DNA from: Eledone cirrhosa
Taxonomy: Eukaryota
Direction: 5' to 3'
DNA length: 64,000 nt
Assembly: GCA_964016885.1 (NCBI GenBank)
Contig: OZ024744.1
Span: 43,648,001 to 43,712,000 of the forward strand
Shown: positions 43,825 through 57,000 of the stretch, one piece after another
Layout: every line of letters begins with the position of its first letter
Numbering within the stretch: the first letter of the stretch is position 1
Position numbers and translations under genes: made by a program
Notes under the pieces: generated by a model
What the model saw: the letters and a program-made list of their open reading frames with translations, nothing else
The model's database searches: none
What the model was told of the DNA's origin: nothing

Positions 43825-46800
43825 ATATGTGTGTGTGTGTGTATATAATTACATATCTGTATATGCGTGTGTGTGTGTATATAATTACATATCTGAATTT
43901 GAAAACGATATAATTTCTATCATACAAGGAGTCAAATTCAAGAGAAACTTCAAAGGCCAGGAATATCTGAAAGGCATTAAGGATAATATTGAGAGCTTAG
44001 AGAAAACTGAGAAGATCTTGGTAAAATCTGACAAGACCAACAACCTCTATGGAGTGCAGAAAGATATGTATAATGGCCTCATACTGAAAGAACTGAGGAA
44101 AAAGTACAAGGTAGCAGATAAGGCCGAGCTTGAGAAAATGAATGTTGAAGCATCTTGTATAATGCACGAGTTGGAAATTGAGAACAGAACACAACCTTTC
44201 GTGCCCAGGAAACCGAAGATCAATATGAAAGATCACAAAAGGAATTTTGAAAATGACTTGCCAGTTAGATTGATCGCACCATCAAAATCGGACCTGGGTA
44301 AATTAAGCAAAAACATTCTTGACAGGGTGATACAGCAAATTAAAAACTTGGATTGTTTACCTAACCTGAGCTTGTGGAAGGGAACTGGAGAGGTTGTTGA
44401 GTGGTTTAAGCAAATTAAATATAACAATAATAATAAGTTTATTCAACTTGATATTGCTAACTATTATTCTTCTATTACCCCTAATCTACTAAATAAGGCA
44501 CTAAATTACGCATTCAAACATACATACCTAACTAGCAATGAAATGCACATTATATTATCGGCTAGGAAAACATTGATAGAATTTAATGACCAACTATGGA
44601 CCAGAGCAGATAGAGATAGCAATTTTGACATTACTATGGGATCATCCGACTCAGCTCAGGTAACTGACCTTGTGGGCTTATTTTTAATCAATTCGCTGCA
44701 TAGGAAATTACCTGGTACTACCGGAGGTTTATATAGAGATGACATGCTTTTACTTATTGATAATAATAACTCTGAACTAAATAGAAAAAGAAAACAAATT
44801 ACACAATTTTTTAATTACTTTAATCTAAAAATAGAAATTGAGAATAACCATAGAATAGTCAATTTCCTAGATATAACATTAAATCTCAACACATGTCTTC
44901 ACTATCCATTTCACAAGTTGAATGAAAACTTAAACTATGTCAGCTTTAACTCTAACCACCCCAGATCTGTTAAAAATACTATAGTAAACTCTGTTCAAAA
45001 ACGTATTTCTAGAATCTCGTCTAATAGAAAGATTTTCGACGAAAAAGCCCAGTACTACAATGAAGCGTTAGCTAGAGCAGGATATAGTGATAAAATTATG
45101 TACATAGATAATGATAGACAAACTAAACAAAATAACAACTATTTGAATTACGGCCACAACCTTAACAACTATAATAGAAAGCATTACAATAATTCCAAAA
45201 GCCAAAAAAGAAATAGAACTAGGAACATAATATGGTCCCCCCCCCTTTCTCACTAAACATTAAAACCCACATCGCTAAACTATTTTTTAAAGCTCTTGAT
45301 AATCGCTTCCCTAGAACACATAGGTATCACTCAATTTTCAATAGACATACTATAAAATTAACCTACTCATCCACCAAAAATTTAGCACAAAATATTAATA
45401 GAATAAATAATAGGAACTTAAAACCTAGCGATAATAGCATAAATAATATACAGGTTAACAAATGTAACTGTAGAGATAGATCTAAATGTCCGTTAAATAA
45501 CAACTGCTTAGTTAAAAATATAATATACAACTGTAATGTTAAAACAGACTCTAATTCTTTTAACTACGTTGGTTCCACATCGACGGAATTTAAACTTCGC
45601 TATAATAACCACAAGAATTCTTGCACAGATCCAAGCAAAAAATCTTCAACAGCACTATCAGGCGTACTCTGGCAACTTAGGCAAGATAACGTTAGATATT
45701 CGACGGCTTGGAATATAGTCTCAAGAGGTATTCCTTTTAATTCATCCTCTGAGACATGTGACCTCTGCGCGGAGGAGATATTCTTTATACTAAAATCTAA
45801 AAATTCCCTTAATCTACGGACAAATTTATTCAGTTGCTGCAAACATAGATTGAACTCAACTTTTAAATATAAATTTAAATTTAAAATGTAGTATATTTAG
45901 TTTGATTTGTAATTATTTATGAAACTAGCCGATAAATCTTTCGATTTCTTCTTTTTATTCTTCTTTTTATTTTAATTTTAAACATTCTTCATGAAAAATT
46001 AAACTACCCTTAAACTACCCTAAAAGTTGATGCTCCAAATATATCGAATAAATGTTACACTAGATAAACTTCTATATTAAATATAAGAACATATGTAGAC
46101 CAAATGGGTATCCTAAACTTTTGAAATGATTTCTGCTAGACGTGATTTGGTAAATAATTTTTAGTTTTATCTGTTTTCGACTCTGATGCTTATAATGAAC
46201 TTGGCAATATATTGTCAATTAATTTTGAAGGGTTGATCTTTGTGGTCGATTTGCGTGGCATACTATGTTTTTATTTTTATTATTTTAATATTTTTTAATA
46301 TTTTTAATATTTTAATTTTTAATATGTAACATTTTTTAGTTTTCTGTTTTATTTATTTATTATTATTTTTTGTTTTTGTTTTTGTTTCTGATATTTTTAT
46401 TAATATATTGAAATCTGTTCTCTATTTCTGCTTGATAGATAATCATGTAGAGTAAAGACAAGAATAGTATTGTTAAAATTAATATAGACTCTATATATAT
46501 GTGTATATATACACATATATGTATACTTAAATTTTTATAGCACAATGAGAATGTTCTCCGTGTGAAATAGGAGTTTGCAGGGTTGATCACGTAAATTCAC
46601 ATCGATGTTTGTAGTTATCATATAAACATATGAATTTTTAAAACTAGACATAAGATCATTACTTTTCACACATTATAGATACGTGTCTCATTCATGAATA
46701 CTGATATTTACATTATAGTGCCTGTTTTTTATACGAACTAATATTTCTACATTGAAACATAGGGTTTTTAAATTCTGCCTCGCCTATGTCTGGTTACTTT

Positions 46801-47205
46801 TCATTTTTTCACTCTATATAACGGCTGGTTTCTCTCCTAACCACATATATCTCCCTTACATTAATACTAGAGCTAAATAAATAAATAAATAAATAAATGT
46901 ATCATTGATACGTCATTCAACGGATGTTCAACTACCTACTTTTCTCTATATATATCTATCTCTATCTATTTCCTCTCCCTATATATCTCTCTCTGTTTCT
47001 TTACATGAAGTTCTTCTCTTTATCTATCTTTCCATCTCTGTATTTAGTTGCATGCATTTCTTCTTTTTCTTCGTTTTCTTTCTTTCTTTCCTTCTTTCTT
47101 TCTTTCTTTCTGTTTACAATTTTTCACTGCCAAATCAACTTTTCAAATACAAGTCGATGTTGAACGGTATGTCAAATCTATTTATTTATAAAACTGTCTA
47201 TATTG

Positions 47206-47271
47206 TATTTTGTCTGAAGAAGGCATAACATATTGTTAATATGATATCCCTGAAATATATATAATGAAATA
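47206..47271 (+). ncRNA. Type I hammerhead ribozyme in the PLE-B tail
   Basis: UAUUUUGU-CUGAAGA-AGG...CCU-GAAAUAUAUAUA^AUGAAAUA; 8-bp stem I. Confidence 0.8.
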
Positions 47272-47662
47272 AATATGGTTTTATAAATATAGTTTCCATT
47301 TATTTAATATCGTAAATATACTCCAAATACTTGTTGAGTGCTTTTATATCAGTTATAAATATTTACTAGTTGTAACCCAACAATTTAAATATAACTTTCC
47401 ATAGATATATATATATATATATTTTAAAAATTTTTGACAGCGATACATGACCCAGCTAACAGGACAGACACGCGTGGTAAGTAATACACACAAAAAAGCA
47501 CGTATACATACGTACGAAATAGTAAACACATACACACTCTCATACATAAATATACATAAACAAATACAAAAACACATACATACACATACATACACAAACA
47601 CGCACACGTATACATATTAAACACACACACATATGTATATGTAATTATATACACACACACAC

Positions 47663-47717
<55 letters not shown>

Positions 47718-47744
47718 TATATATATATATATACAAAAATATAA

Positions 47745-47811
<67 letters not shown>

Positions 47812-47976
47812 TATACGTAAACACACATATATACATACATAGCTAAACAATTATACACATGCAAATACGTATATATCAAAAACACGCACAACCAAAAACA
47901 AATACACACACACACACACACATACATAAAAAAAACACACATTTATAAACACACACACACATATACATACATACAT

Positions 47977-48043
<67 letters not shown>

Positions 48044-48209
48044 TATACATACACACACATACACACATACGTACATATACACATGTGCATACACATACAC
48101 ACACACATATACATGTGTGTATGTGTAAAACTCAGTATTAGAAAAGACAAATGAACCTTACATAAACGTATATATAGTAGTAAGGTAATAAAGCAACATA
48201 AGGCAATTA

Positions 48210-48269
48210 TTCCATTCACCAGAGGTTTCTTAAAAGCAAAAAATGTTTCCTTCAGTCTTCAGAATGAAA
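48210..48269 (-). ncRNA. Degenerate hammerhead in the PLE-C tail (GUG triplet)
   Basis: UUUCAUU-CUGAAGA-...-GAAACCUCUGGUG-AAUGGAA; paralog of the 53781 HHR. Confidence 0.6.
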
Positions 48270-48361
48270 AAAAGTGAAAGAAACCTGGTTTATCCACATA
48301 TACATACATATACACACACAAATATACATATATATACACATACACAAACACACACATACAA

Positions 48362-48396
<35 letters not shown>

Positions 48397-49990
48397 TATA
48401 TACATACACATATACATATATATATATATACACACATATATATACACACAAAAATACATACACATACACATAGGTATGTGAAGGGCAAAACAAAAAGAAT
48501 ATATGGGGGGGGGGGGGGGGGCTAAGAGGAGGTAAAAATATAAGGGGAGGTAAGAGAGAAACAAAATGTTAAATATACAAGAGTACAGAAGGTAGAATCA
48601 GCAAAATAAAAACCGTAGCAGAAGTAAAGAGTAGAGAAGGAGTTCAAGGCGGTTGATTTATCATAGGAGTGTCAATCCAGTTACAGATCAGATGCGATTT
48701 CAGATGAGGACAGCATCTGAAGATCTCAGTCTTTGAGTTAAGGCAAGCGGAAGTGGCTCTCTAGTTTAGCAAAATCCTATACTTTTCTGTGGTACACAAA
48801 GAACAATTCTTTGTGCCCCTTTGGTACTCTCTCGAATGGTTTAATATAGACCAATCAATAGAGTACGGGATATTACTATCCTTGAGATCCCATACCTTAC
48901 TTGCGAGGGCCGTTGATGTTCGTTTATCAGAGTGCTTAAAAGAAGCGACATGTGAGTAAAATCTGGTTTTAAACCTGTCCTGGGTCATACCGACATATCG
49001 CTCACTCCTGGCTGGCTGGTTGTTGATAACTGGCGTTATCTTAGCCTCATAAACGACAGATTTTGTGTTACATTTACCCTGCAATGGGCATTCATCCGGC
49101 TTCCTGCAACTGCATCCTGGATTTATCCTCGTACGGTTTGAACTGGTGATTTTGGACTTCATGGATGGGCAACAAGAGTAGCTGATCTTAACTACATTCC
49201 TATTAAAAATCTTATAATATCTATGAATAGGAGGAAAACGTTTGTCTAATAGTTCAAGGAATTTCCTTCCTACATTAGTTTTGACATTTAGAGAGAAGGG
49301 GGGTGTGAACCAAATAATCTTCATTTTCCTGTTATTATGGTTAGTTTTATGGGGGGGGGGGGAGTAGGTAAATAAGAAATATTTTCTGTAAAACCGCTGT
49401 TCTTAAGGGCTTTATTATAATAAGGGGCGGCTTTATTAAAAATGTCTATAAACGAAGATAAGGTAGAAATCCTACGGCTAATGTTAGGAATAAGATTATT
49501 AAAAACTATAGGGGGATGGCAAGACTCTTTGTGTATATACCTAAGATTTTCATTAGGTTTATGATAGGGTTTAAAAGAGGCAGTAAGTAGATCAAGATTA
49601 ATATCAAGAAAGTTAGCATTAGTAAGGTTCGTATCTATAGTAATTTTAAGGTTAAGATTAGCAAAAGTACTAATTAAATCTTTACGGAATTTATCAAGAT
49701 TATGGCCGTTGGTGGTATGAGAAACTGCTAATCCGTCATCACGGTATAAACCGATATTATGGGACGGAAATTTCTCTTTGAGTGTGTGGAGAAGGAATAA
49801 TCCTACTAAGTCGCACACATCTTTTTTTCTCTCTTACCTCCCCTTATATTTTTACCTCCTCTTAGCCCCCCCCCCCGCATATATTCTTTTTGTTTTGCCC
49901 TTCACATACCTATGTGTATGTGTATGTATTTTTGTGTGTATATATATGTGTGTATATATATATATATATATGTATATGTGTATGTATATA

Positions 49991-50021
<31 letters not shown>

Positions 50022-50113
50022 TTGTATGTGTGTGTTTGTGTATGTGTATATATATGTATATTTGTGTGTGTATAGGTATGTATATGTGGATAAACCAGGT
50101 TTTTTTCACTTTT

Positions 50114-50173
50114 TTTCATTCTGAAGACTGAAGGAAACATTTTTTGCTTTTAAGAAACCTCTGGTGAATGGAA
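50114..50173 (+). ncRNA. Degenerate hammerhead (mirror of 48210-48269)
   Basis: Same motif on the plus strand. Confidence 0.6.
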
Positions 50174-50784
50174 TAATTGCCTTATGTTGCTTTATTACCT
50201 TACTACTATATATACGTTTATGTAAGGTTCATTTGTCTTTTCTAATACTGAGTTTTACACATACACACATGTATATGTGTGTGTGTATGTGTATGCACAT
50301 GTGTATATGTACGTATGTGTGTATGTGTGTGTATGTATATATATGTATATATATATATATATATATACATGTATATGTATGTATGTATGTATATGTGTGT
50401 GTGTGTTTATAAATTTTTTGTTATGTATGTGTGTGTGTGGTTGTGTGTGTGTGTGTGTGTGTGTGTATTTGTTTTTGGTTGTGCGTGTTTTTGATATATA
50501 CGTATATATATATATGTATATGTGTGTGTGTGTGTATATAATTACATATACATATGTGTGTGTGTTTAATATGTATACGTGTGCGTGTTTGTGTATGTAT
50601 GTGTATGTATGTGTTTTTGTATTTGTTTATGTATATTTATGTATGAGAGTGTGTATGTGTTTACTATTTCGAACGTATGTATACGTGCTTTTTTGTGTGT
50701 ATTACTTACCACGCGTGTCTGTCCTGTTAGCTGGGTCATGTATCGCTGTCAAAAATTTTTAATATATATATATATATATATATA

Positions 50785-53138
50785 TGGAAAGTTATATTTA
50801 AATTGTTGGGTTACAACTAGTAAATATTTATAACTGATATAAAAGCACTCGACAAGTATTTGGAGTATATTTACAATATTAAATAAATGGAAACTATATT
50901 TATAAAACCATATTTATTTCATTATATATATTTCAGGGATATCATATTAACAATATGCTATGCCTTCCTCAAAATACAATATAAACAGTTTTATAGATAA
51001 ATAGATTCGACATACCGTAACAACATCGACTTGTATTTGAAAAAGTTGAATTGGCAGTGAAAAAATTGTACACAGAGAGAAAGAAAGAGAGAAAAAAGGA
51101 AAGAAAGACAGAAAACGAAGAAAAAGAAGAAAAAGAAGAAATGCATGGAACAAAATAGAGAGACGGAAAGATAGATAAAGAGAAGAACTTCATGTAAAGA
51201 AACAGAGAGAGATATATATATATAGAGAGAGAGAGGAAATAGAGATAGATACATATATATAGAAAACTAGGTAGTGGGACGTCTGTTGAGTAAACGTATC
51301 AATGATACATTTATTTATTTATTTATTTAGCTCTAGTATTAATGTAAGGGAGATATATGGAGAGAAACCAGCTGTTATATATATATAGAAAAAATATATA
51401 GAGAGAAAAAATTTAAAAATAACCAGACATAGGCGAGGCGTAAAAACCCTATGTTTTAATGTAGAGGTATTATTATGTATAAAAACCAGCCACTATATTG
51501 TAAATATCAGTATTCCTGAATGAGACATGTATCCATAATGTGTGAAAATTAATGATCTTTTGTTTAGTTTTTAAAAAAAAAATTCATATGTTTATGTGAT
51601 AACTACAAACATCTATGTGAATTTACATGATCAACTCTGCAAACCCTAAGTTCACGGAAAACATTCTCATTTTGGTATAAAAATTTAAGTATACATATAT
51701 GTGTATATATATATACACACAAATATATATAGAGTCAATATTACTATTCCTGTCTTTACTCTACAAGATTATCTATCAAGCAGAAATAGAGAGCAGATTT
51801 CAATATACTAATAAAAATATATATCAGAAACAAAACTAAAAAATAACAATAATAATAATAAGTAATAATAAAATAGAAAACTAAAAAATATTACGAAAGA
51901 ATATTACATATTAAAAATATTACATATTAAAAATATTAAAAATAAAAATATTAGAAAATACTACAATAATAAAAATAAAAATAAACCACAAAGATCAACC
52001 CTTCAAAATTAATTGACAATATATTGCCAAGTTCATTATAAGCATCAGAGTCGAAAAACAGATAAAGCCAAAAATTATCTATCAAATCGCATCTAGCAAA
52101 GATCATTTCAAAAAGTTTAGGATGCCCATTTGGTCTACATGTGTTCTTATATTTAATATAGAAGTTTATCTAGTGTAACGTTTATTCGAAATATTTGGAG
52201 CATCAACTTTTAGGGTAGCTTAATTTTTCATGAAGAATGTTTAAATAAAAATAAAAATAAAAATAAAAATAAAAATAAAAAGAATAAAAAGAAGAAATCA
52301 AAGATTTATCGGCTAGTTTCCCATATAATTATAAATCAAACTAAATATACTACATTTTAAATTTAAATTTATATTTAAACGTTGAGTTTAATCTATGTTT
52401 GCAGCAACTGAATAAATTTGTCCGTAGATTAAGGGAATTTTTAGATTTTAGTATAAAGAATATCTCCTCTGCGCAGAGGTCACATGTCTCAGAGGATGAA
52501 TTAAAAGGAATCCCTCTTGAGACTATATTCCAAGCCGTCGAATATCTAACGTTATCTAGCTTAAGTTGCCAGAGTACGCCTGATAGTGCCGTTGAAAATT
52601 TTTTGCTTGGATCTGTGCAAGAATTCTTGTGGTTATTATAGCGAAGTTTAAATTCCGTCGATGTGGAACCGACGTAGTTAAAAGAATTAGAGTCAGTATT
52701 AACATTACAATTGTATACTATATTTTTAACTAAGCAGTTGTTATTTAACGGACATTTAGATCTATCCCTACAGTTACATTTGTTAACTTGTATATTATTT
52801 ATGCTATTATCACTAGGTTTTAAGTTCCTATTATTTATTCTGTTAATATTTTGTGCTAAATTTTTGGTGGATGAGTAGGTTAATTTTATTGTATGTCTAT
52901 TGAAAATTGAGTGATACCTATGTGTTCTAGGGAAGCGATTATCAAGAGCTTTAAAAAATAGTTTAGCGATGTGGGTTTTAATGTTTAGTGAGAAAGGGGG
53001 GGGGAACCATATTATGTTCCTAGTTCTATTTCTTTTTTGGCCTTTGGAATTATTGTAATGCTTTCTATTATAGTAATGCTTTCTATTATAGTAATGCTTT
53101 CTATTATAGTAATGCTTATTGTAATGCTTACTATTATA
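50785..53138 (-). mobile_element. Penelope-like element B, copy 2 (shorter: linker + GIY-YIG + tail)
   Basis: ORF 52350-53162 is nearly identical to copy 1 C-terminus; tail is diverged; HHR core lost at 50915-50976. Confidence 0.92.
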
Positions 53139-53157
53139 GCAAATAAATATAAGAAAA

Positions 53158-53193
<36 letters not shown>

Positions 53194-53453
53194 TTTTCTT
53201 ATATTTATTTGCGTGTGTGAATATGTAGAGGAGTGCATTCATGTATGTGTATGTATGTACGTTTTGTATGTTCGTGTGAATGTATGTATGTGTATATATA
53301 TGTGTGTGTGTATGGCTATGTTTGTGTATGTGTATGCTTGTACACACACATGTGTATGTGTGTGTATGTGTATGTGTGTATATGTGTATATATATGTATA
53401 TATATATATATATACATGTACATATATATATGTGTGTGTGGATATGTGTGCGC

Positions 53454-53499
<46 letters not shown>

Positions 53500-53780
53500 G
53501 TGTATATGTATTAATGTATGTATGTGTATATGTGTGTATATATGTGTTTGTGTAGGTAAGTGTACGTTTTATATATATGTGTATATGTATATATGTATGC
53601 GTACATATATATATGTATATATGTATGTGTGTGTAAGTATGCTTTTGGGTTTTTTTTGTGTGTGTGTTTGCATGCGTTGTTTTATTTTATTTTTCCTTTC
53701 CTTCTCCCTTCTCCGGCCTCACTTTCATATAGATTGCATTTTTGGTTTTGTAATCCAAATTCAATAAACATACCAGCTTT

Positions 53781-53840
53781 TTCCGTTCTGATGATTGAAA
53801 GCAAAACCTTGTGCTTTTAAGAAACCACTGGTAAATGGAA
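53781..53840 (+). ncRNA. Canonical type I hammerhead ribozyme
   Basis: UUCCGUU-CUGAUGA-UUGAAAGCA...UGCUUUUAA-GAAA-CC-ACU-GG-UA^AAUGGAA; all three stems pair. Confidence 0.85.
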
Positions 53841-53880
53841 TAATTGCCTTATGTTGTTTATTACATAATAATAATAATTA

Positions 53881-53942
53881 AGCTCTGTTGCCTACATAGA
53901 GCACTCTTTTTTCCTGGACTTTTCCGATGGAATTACTTCATT

Positions 53943-54028
<86 letters not shown>

Positions 54029-57000
54029 GGAGCGGAGGCACACGAGTTAGGATATATATATATGAAAACAGGGACAAAGAGACGTTGTGAGGAAGAAAAA
54101 TATATATGTTTTCCTTTTTTTGTCTCTCTCTCTCTCTTATCTGGATTAGAGAATGATTAAAACGGAATGTTTTACTCTGTGTGGAGTGTTAAGGTATTAG
54201 TTGATTTATTTATTATTTAACGATGGCATTTATTTATCTATTTATATATTTAATTATTGTCTATTACCGGTTTCTGCATTTATATGCATTATCAAATGAT
54301 AGTGAAATGTATTAGTGTGGTGTCGCACATGTTAAACAGAAGGTGCAGAAAGAATAATGTTATATACAAACAAGGTTTAAGAAGTGAAAGTGAAAAGGAA
54401 CAAGGAAAAAAAAAACGTGCATAATGTGGAACGTAAAAAATCAGTGTGGAAGAAAAGTTAATGTTATTTACAAGCACAGTCATTGAAGTTAAGCAGTTCA
54501 AAATGTGTTAATATCGCAAGAGTGTTTAGTTGAACCATGGTTCCGTGAAGGGGCAAATGGTGGACTGTGGTTTGATATGATTTCCCTTTTTAGAGAGTTA
54601 ATATGCAGGGGAAGCAATTCTTGCTGGGTGATATTTAATTTATTTAAGAAAAAGGATTAGGTAGGGTGTGAGGGAGGTAACTCTTGTAAATATTTGATGG
54701 TTTGTTGCAGTTTTAGAAAGGTCCAAATTTCAGGGCATTGAGTACTGGTTGAAATTTATTAATGAAATGTGTTTCCTTATTGGTGCGTTGGATGAAAGTA
54801 GCGTTGTCTATGAATTTGTAAATGGGGAAAATTTTAAAGTTTGGAAGTTGGTTGAGAGCACAATTGGCGATATGTTCACTAATTGCAATCTTTCTGTATT
54901 CCTGTATTTTAATTTGTGATTTATGGACGGTCAGTCGTTGACGGAGGCTGTTTTTTGTCTGTCCTATATAGTGCTCTAGACAACCTGAGCAAGTCAAAAC
55001 ATAGATAAGGTTTTCAGATGCACATGTAAAGTTGTGTTTAACTGTGAAACGTTGTCCTTGTTTAAAATGGAATGTTGAACCTTCTATTAGATTTATGCAT
55101 ATGCCACAGTTGGGCCTTCCTCATTTTGTTACTGTAGGGTTTATTGTGAAGGTTTGTTGGATTTTGGCTTGTGTGAGGATGTTTTTTATGGATTTGGGTT
55201 GTCTTTTACTCTTTATGATGTTGTGTGTTTGGAGGATATTGTTCATTCTTGGAGGATATTGTTCATTCTTGGGTCTCTTTTTAGTAAAGGAATGTTCTGG
55301 AGGATGGTATCGAATGCCTCATTGTTGAGGGGGTTGTGTGTGGAGATGTATGGTAGAGTTTTTTGTTGCGGTTCACTCCTGGGTTTGGGGTGTCTGAGTT
55401 CCTGGATGTCTAGTTTTAGGGCACGTTGGAATCCGTTGGTTATTAGGGATGGTGGGTAGTTTCTTCTGATAAGGGTGTTTTTTAATTCTTCTTGTCGTGT
55501 GTAGCATGTGTATTTATCTGAAACTATTGTGCAGATCCTTCTGACTAGGTTATAAGGAATTGCCAATTTGGTGTGTCTAGGGTGGCACGAGTTGAATGGA
55601 AGGTATTGTTTGGAGTCTGTGGGTTTGTAGTATATGTCTGTTTCAATTTTGTTGCTTGTTTTCTTGTTGAGGATGTCGAAGAAAGGGCTGTCATCCATTG
55701 TGAATTGTAAGTTAGTGTTGAGTCCATTCAGAAGGGTTTTAAACTCAAACAGTCTATCTATACTTTCATGCCAGAGGATGAAGCAGTCGTCCAGATATCT
55801 CGTCCAGTTCTTTTCTATGTGTTGGTAGAATTGGTTGCCGTATTTGTCTAGAGCTTTGCGGTAGAGAATGGTTTCCACGTATCCCATGACAAGGTTGGCG
55901 TATGAGGGGGCCACTTTTGTGCCCATGGCAGTCCCAGATTTCTGTCTGTAGTATTTGGCATTGAATTCGAAGAAATTATTTTCCAAGATGAATTTGAGTC
56001 CCTCCAACACAAATTCTTTAGGGATGCGCTGTGGAAGTTCACTGGGGAAGCTTTTCATCCAGAATTGTATTGCCTCTATACCTAGGTTGTGTGGGATATT
56101 GGAATATATATTGATGACATCAAAGGTTACTAGTAGGGTATGTCCATTATTGAGTGTTGTTGGGAGGTGGTTGAGCATGTCAAGGTCGTCCCTTATGAAG
56201 CTTTTTATGTGTTTTAGGAAAGGTTTAAGCAGAATATCTAGAAAGTTGCCTAGGCTGTGTGTTTCACATGTAGTGCCTGCTATTATGGGTCTTAATTTAA
56301 CGTCATCAGGAGGGGCTATATTGATGTAAACGTCTGTGGCTTGCTTGCAGGCCCTGCCTATTACTTCGCCTTTGTGTGTCTTGGGGATACGTCCTACACC
56401 CTCCTACACCCTCCTATACGCTCCACACAACTATCACACGGACTCCCAAGCAACAAATATAGTAATAGAGAAACATCAGCTACAAGATAGATACTACAAC
56501 TTCCCTCCAACCAGGAGAAACCATAACCTCCCCCCCCACACACACTTACAACCCCCCTAATATCCCCATACAACAAACCCACAACCATCATTACTTCCAA
56601 CATAGAACCCAAAATACACAACTACCACACATGTCACACAGGGCCTCACAACCACACACCAGCTATAAGGAAACCCTAATCTACCCTCCGCCACTTACCA
56701 CACCCTACTATAACAACACCAGCAGGGGACAATACAACCACACGAGACACCCTAACCACTACAACCACCATAGCTACACACCATATAACAGCAACAACAG
56801 GATTCAATATGAACACACAAGACAACCCTACTACAACTACCACCAAGTCTACACACCCTACAACAACAGCAGTACTCAACACAACCACACGTTACAACCC
56901 AACTTCAACAACCACCACAACTTCACACCCTATAACTACGTCCTTCAAATCTACACACCCTACAACAACATCAGCAGGGCTCAATAAAACGACACGATAC

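Larger units (their letters stand above)
43404..47404 (+). mobile_element. Penelope-like element B, copy 1 (ORF ~43896-45891) with inverted 3' piece at 43404-43679
   Basis: KSDKTNN, MKDHK, LDIANYY, YRDD, CNCRDRSKCPLNNNC, YVGST, CDLCAEE; one frameshift at poly-C ~45240. 43404-43679 is the reverse complement of 47033-47313. Confidence 0.92.
42645..53880 (-). mobile_element. Penelope-like element C (ORF remnant 48761-49818) with long tail duplicated in inverted orientation and interrupted by PLE-B in both arms
   Basis: DLVGLFLL, YRDD, ESCHP, CSCRKPDECPLQGKC, YVGMT. Inverted pairs 47405-48567/49816-50784 and 42645-43370/53185-53880. Confidence 0.8.
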
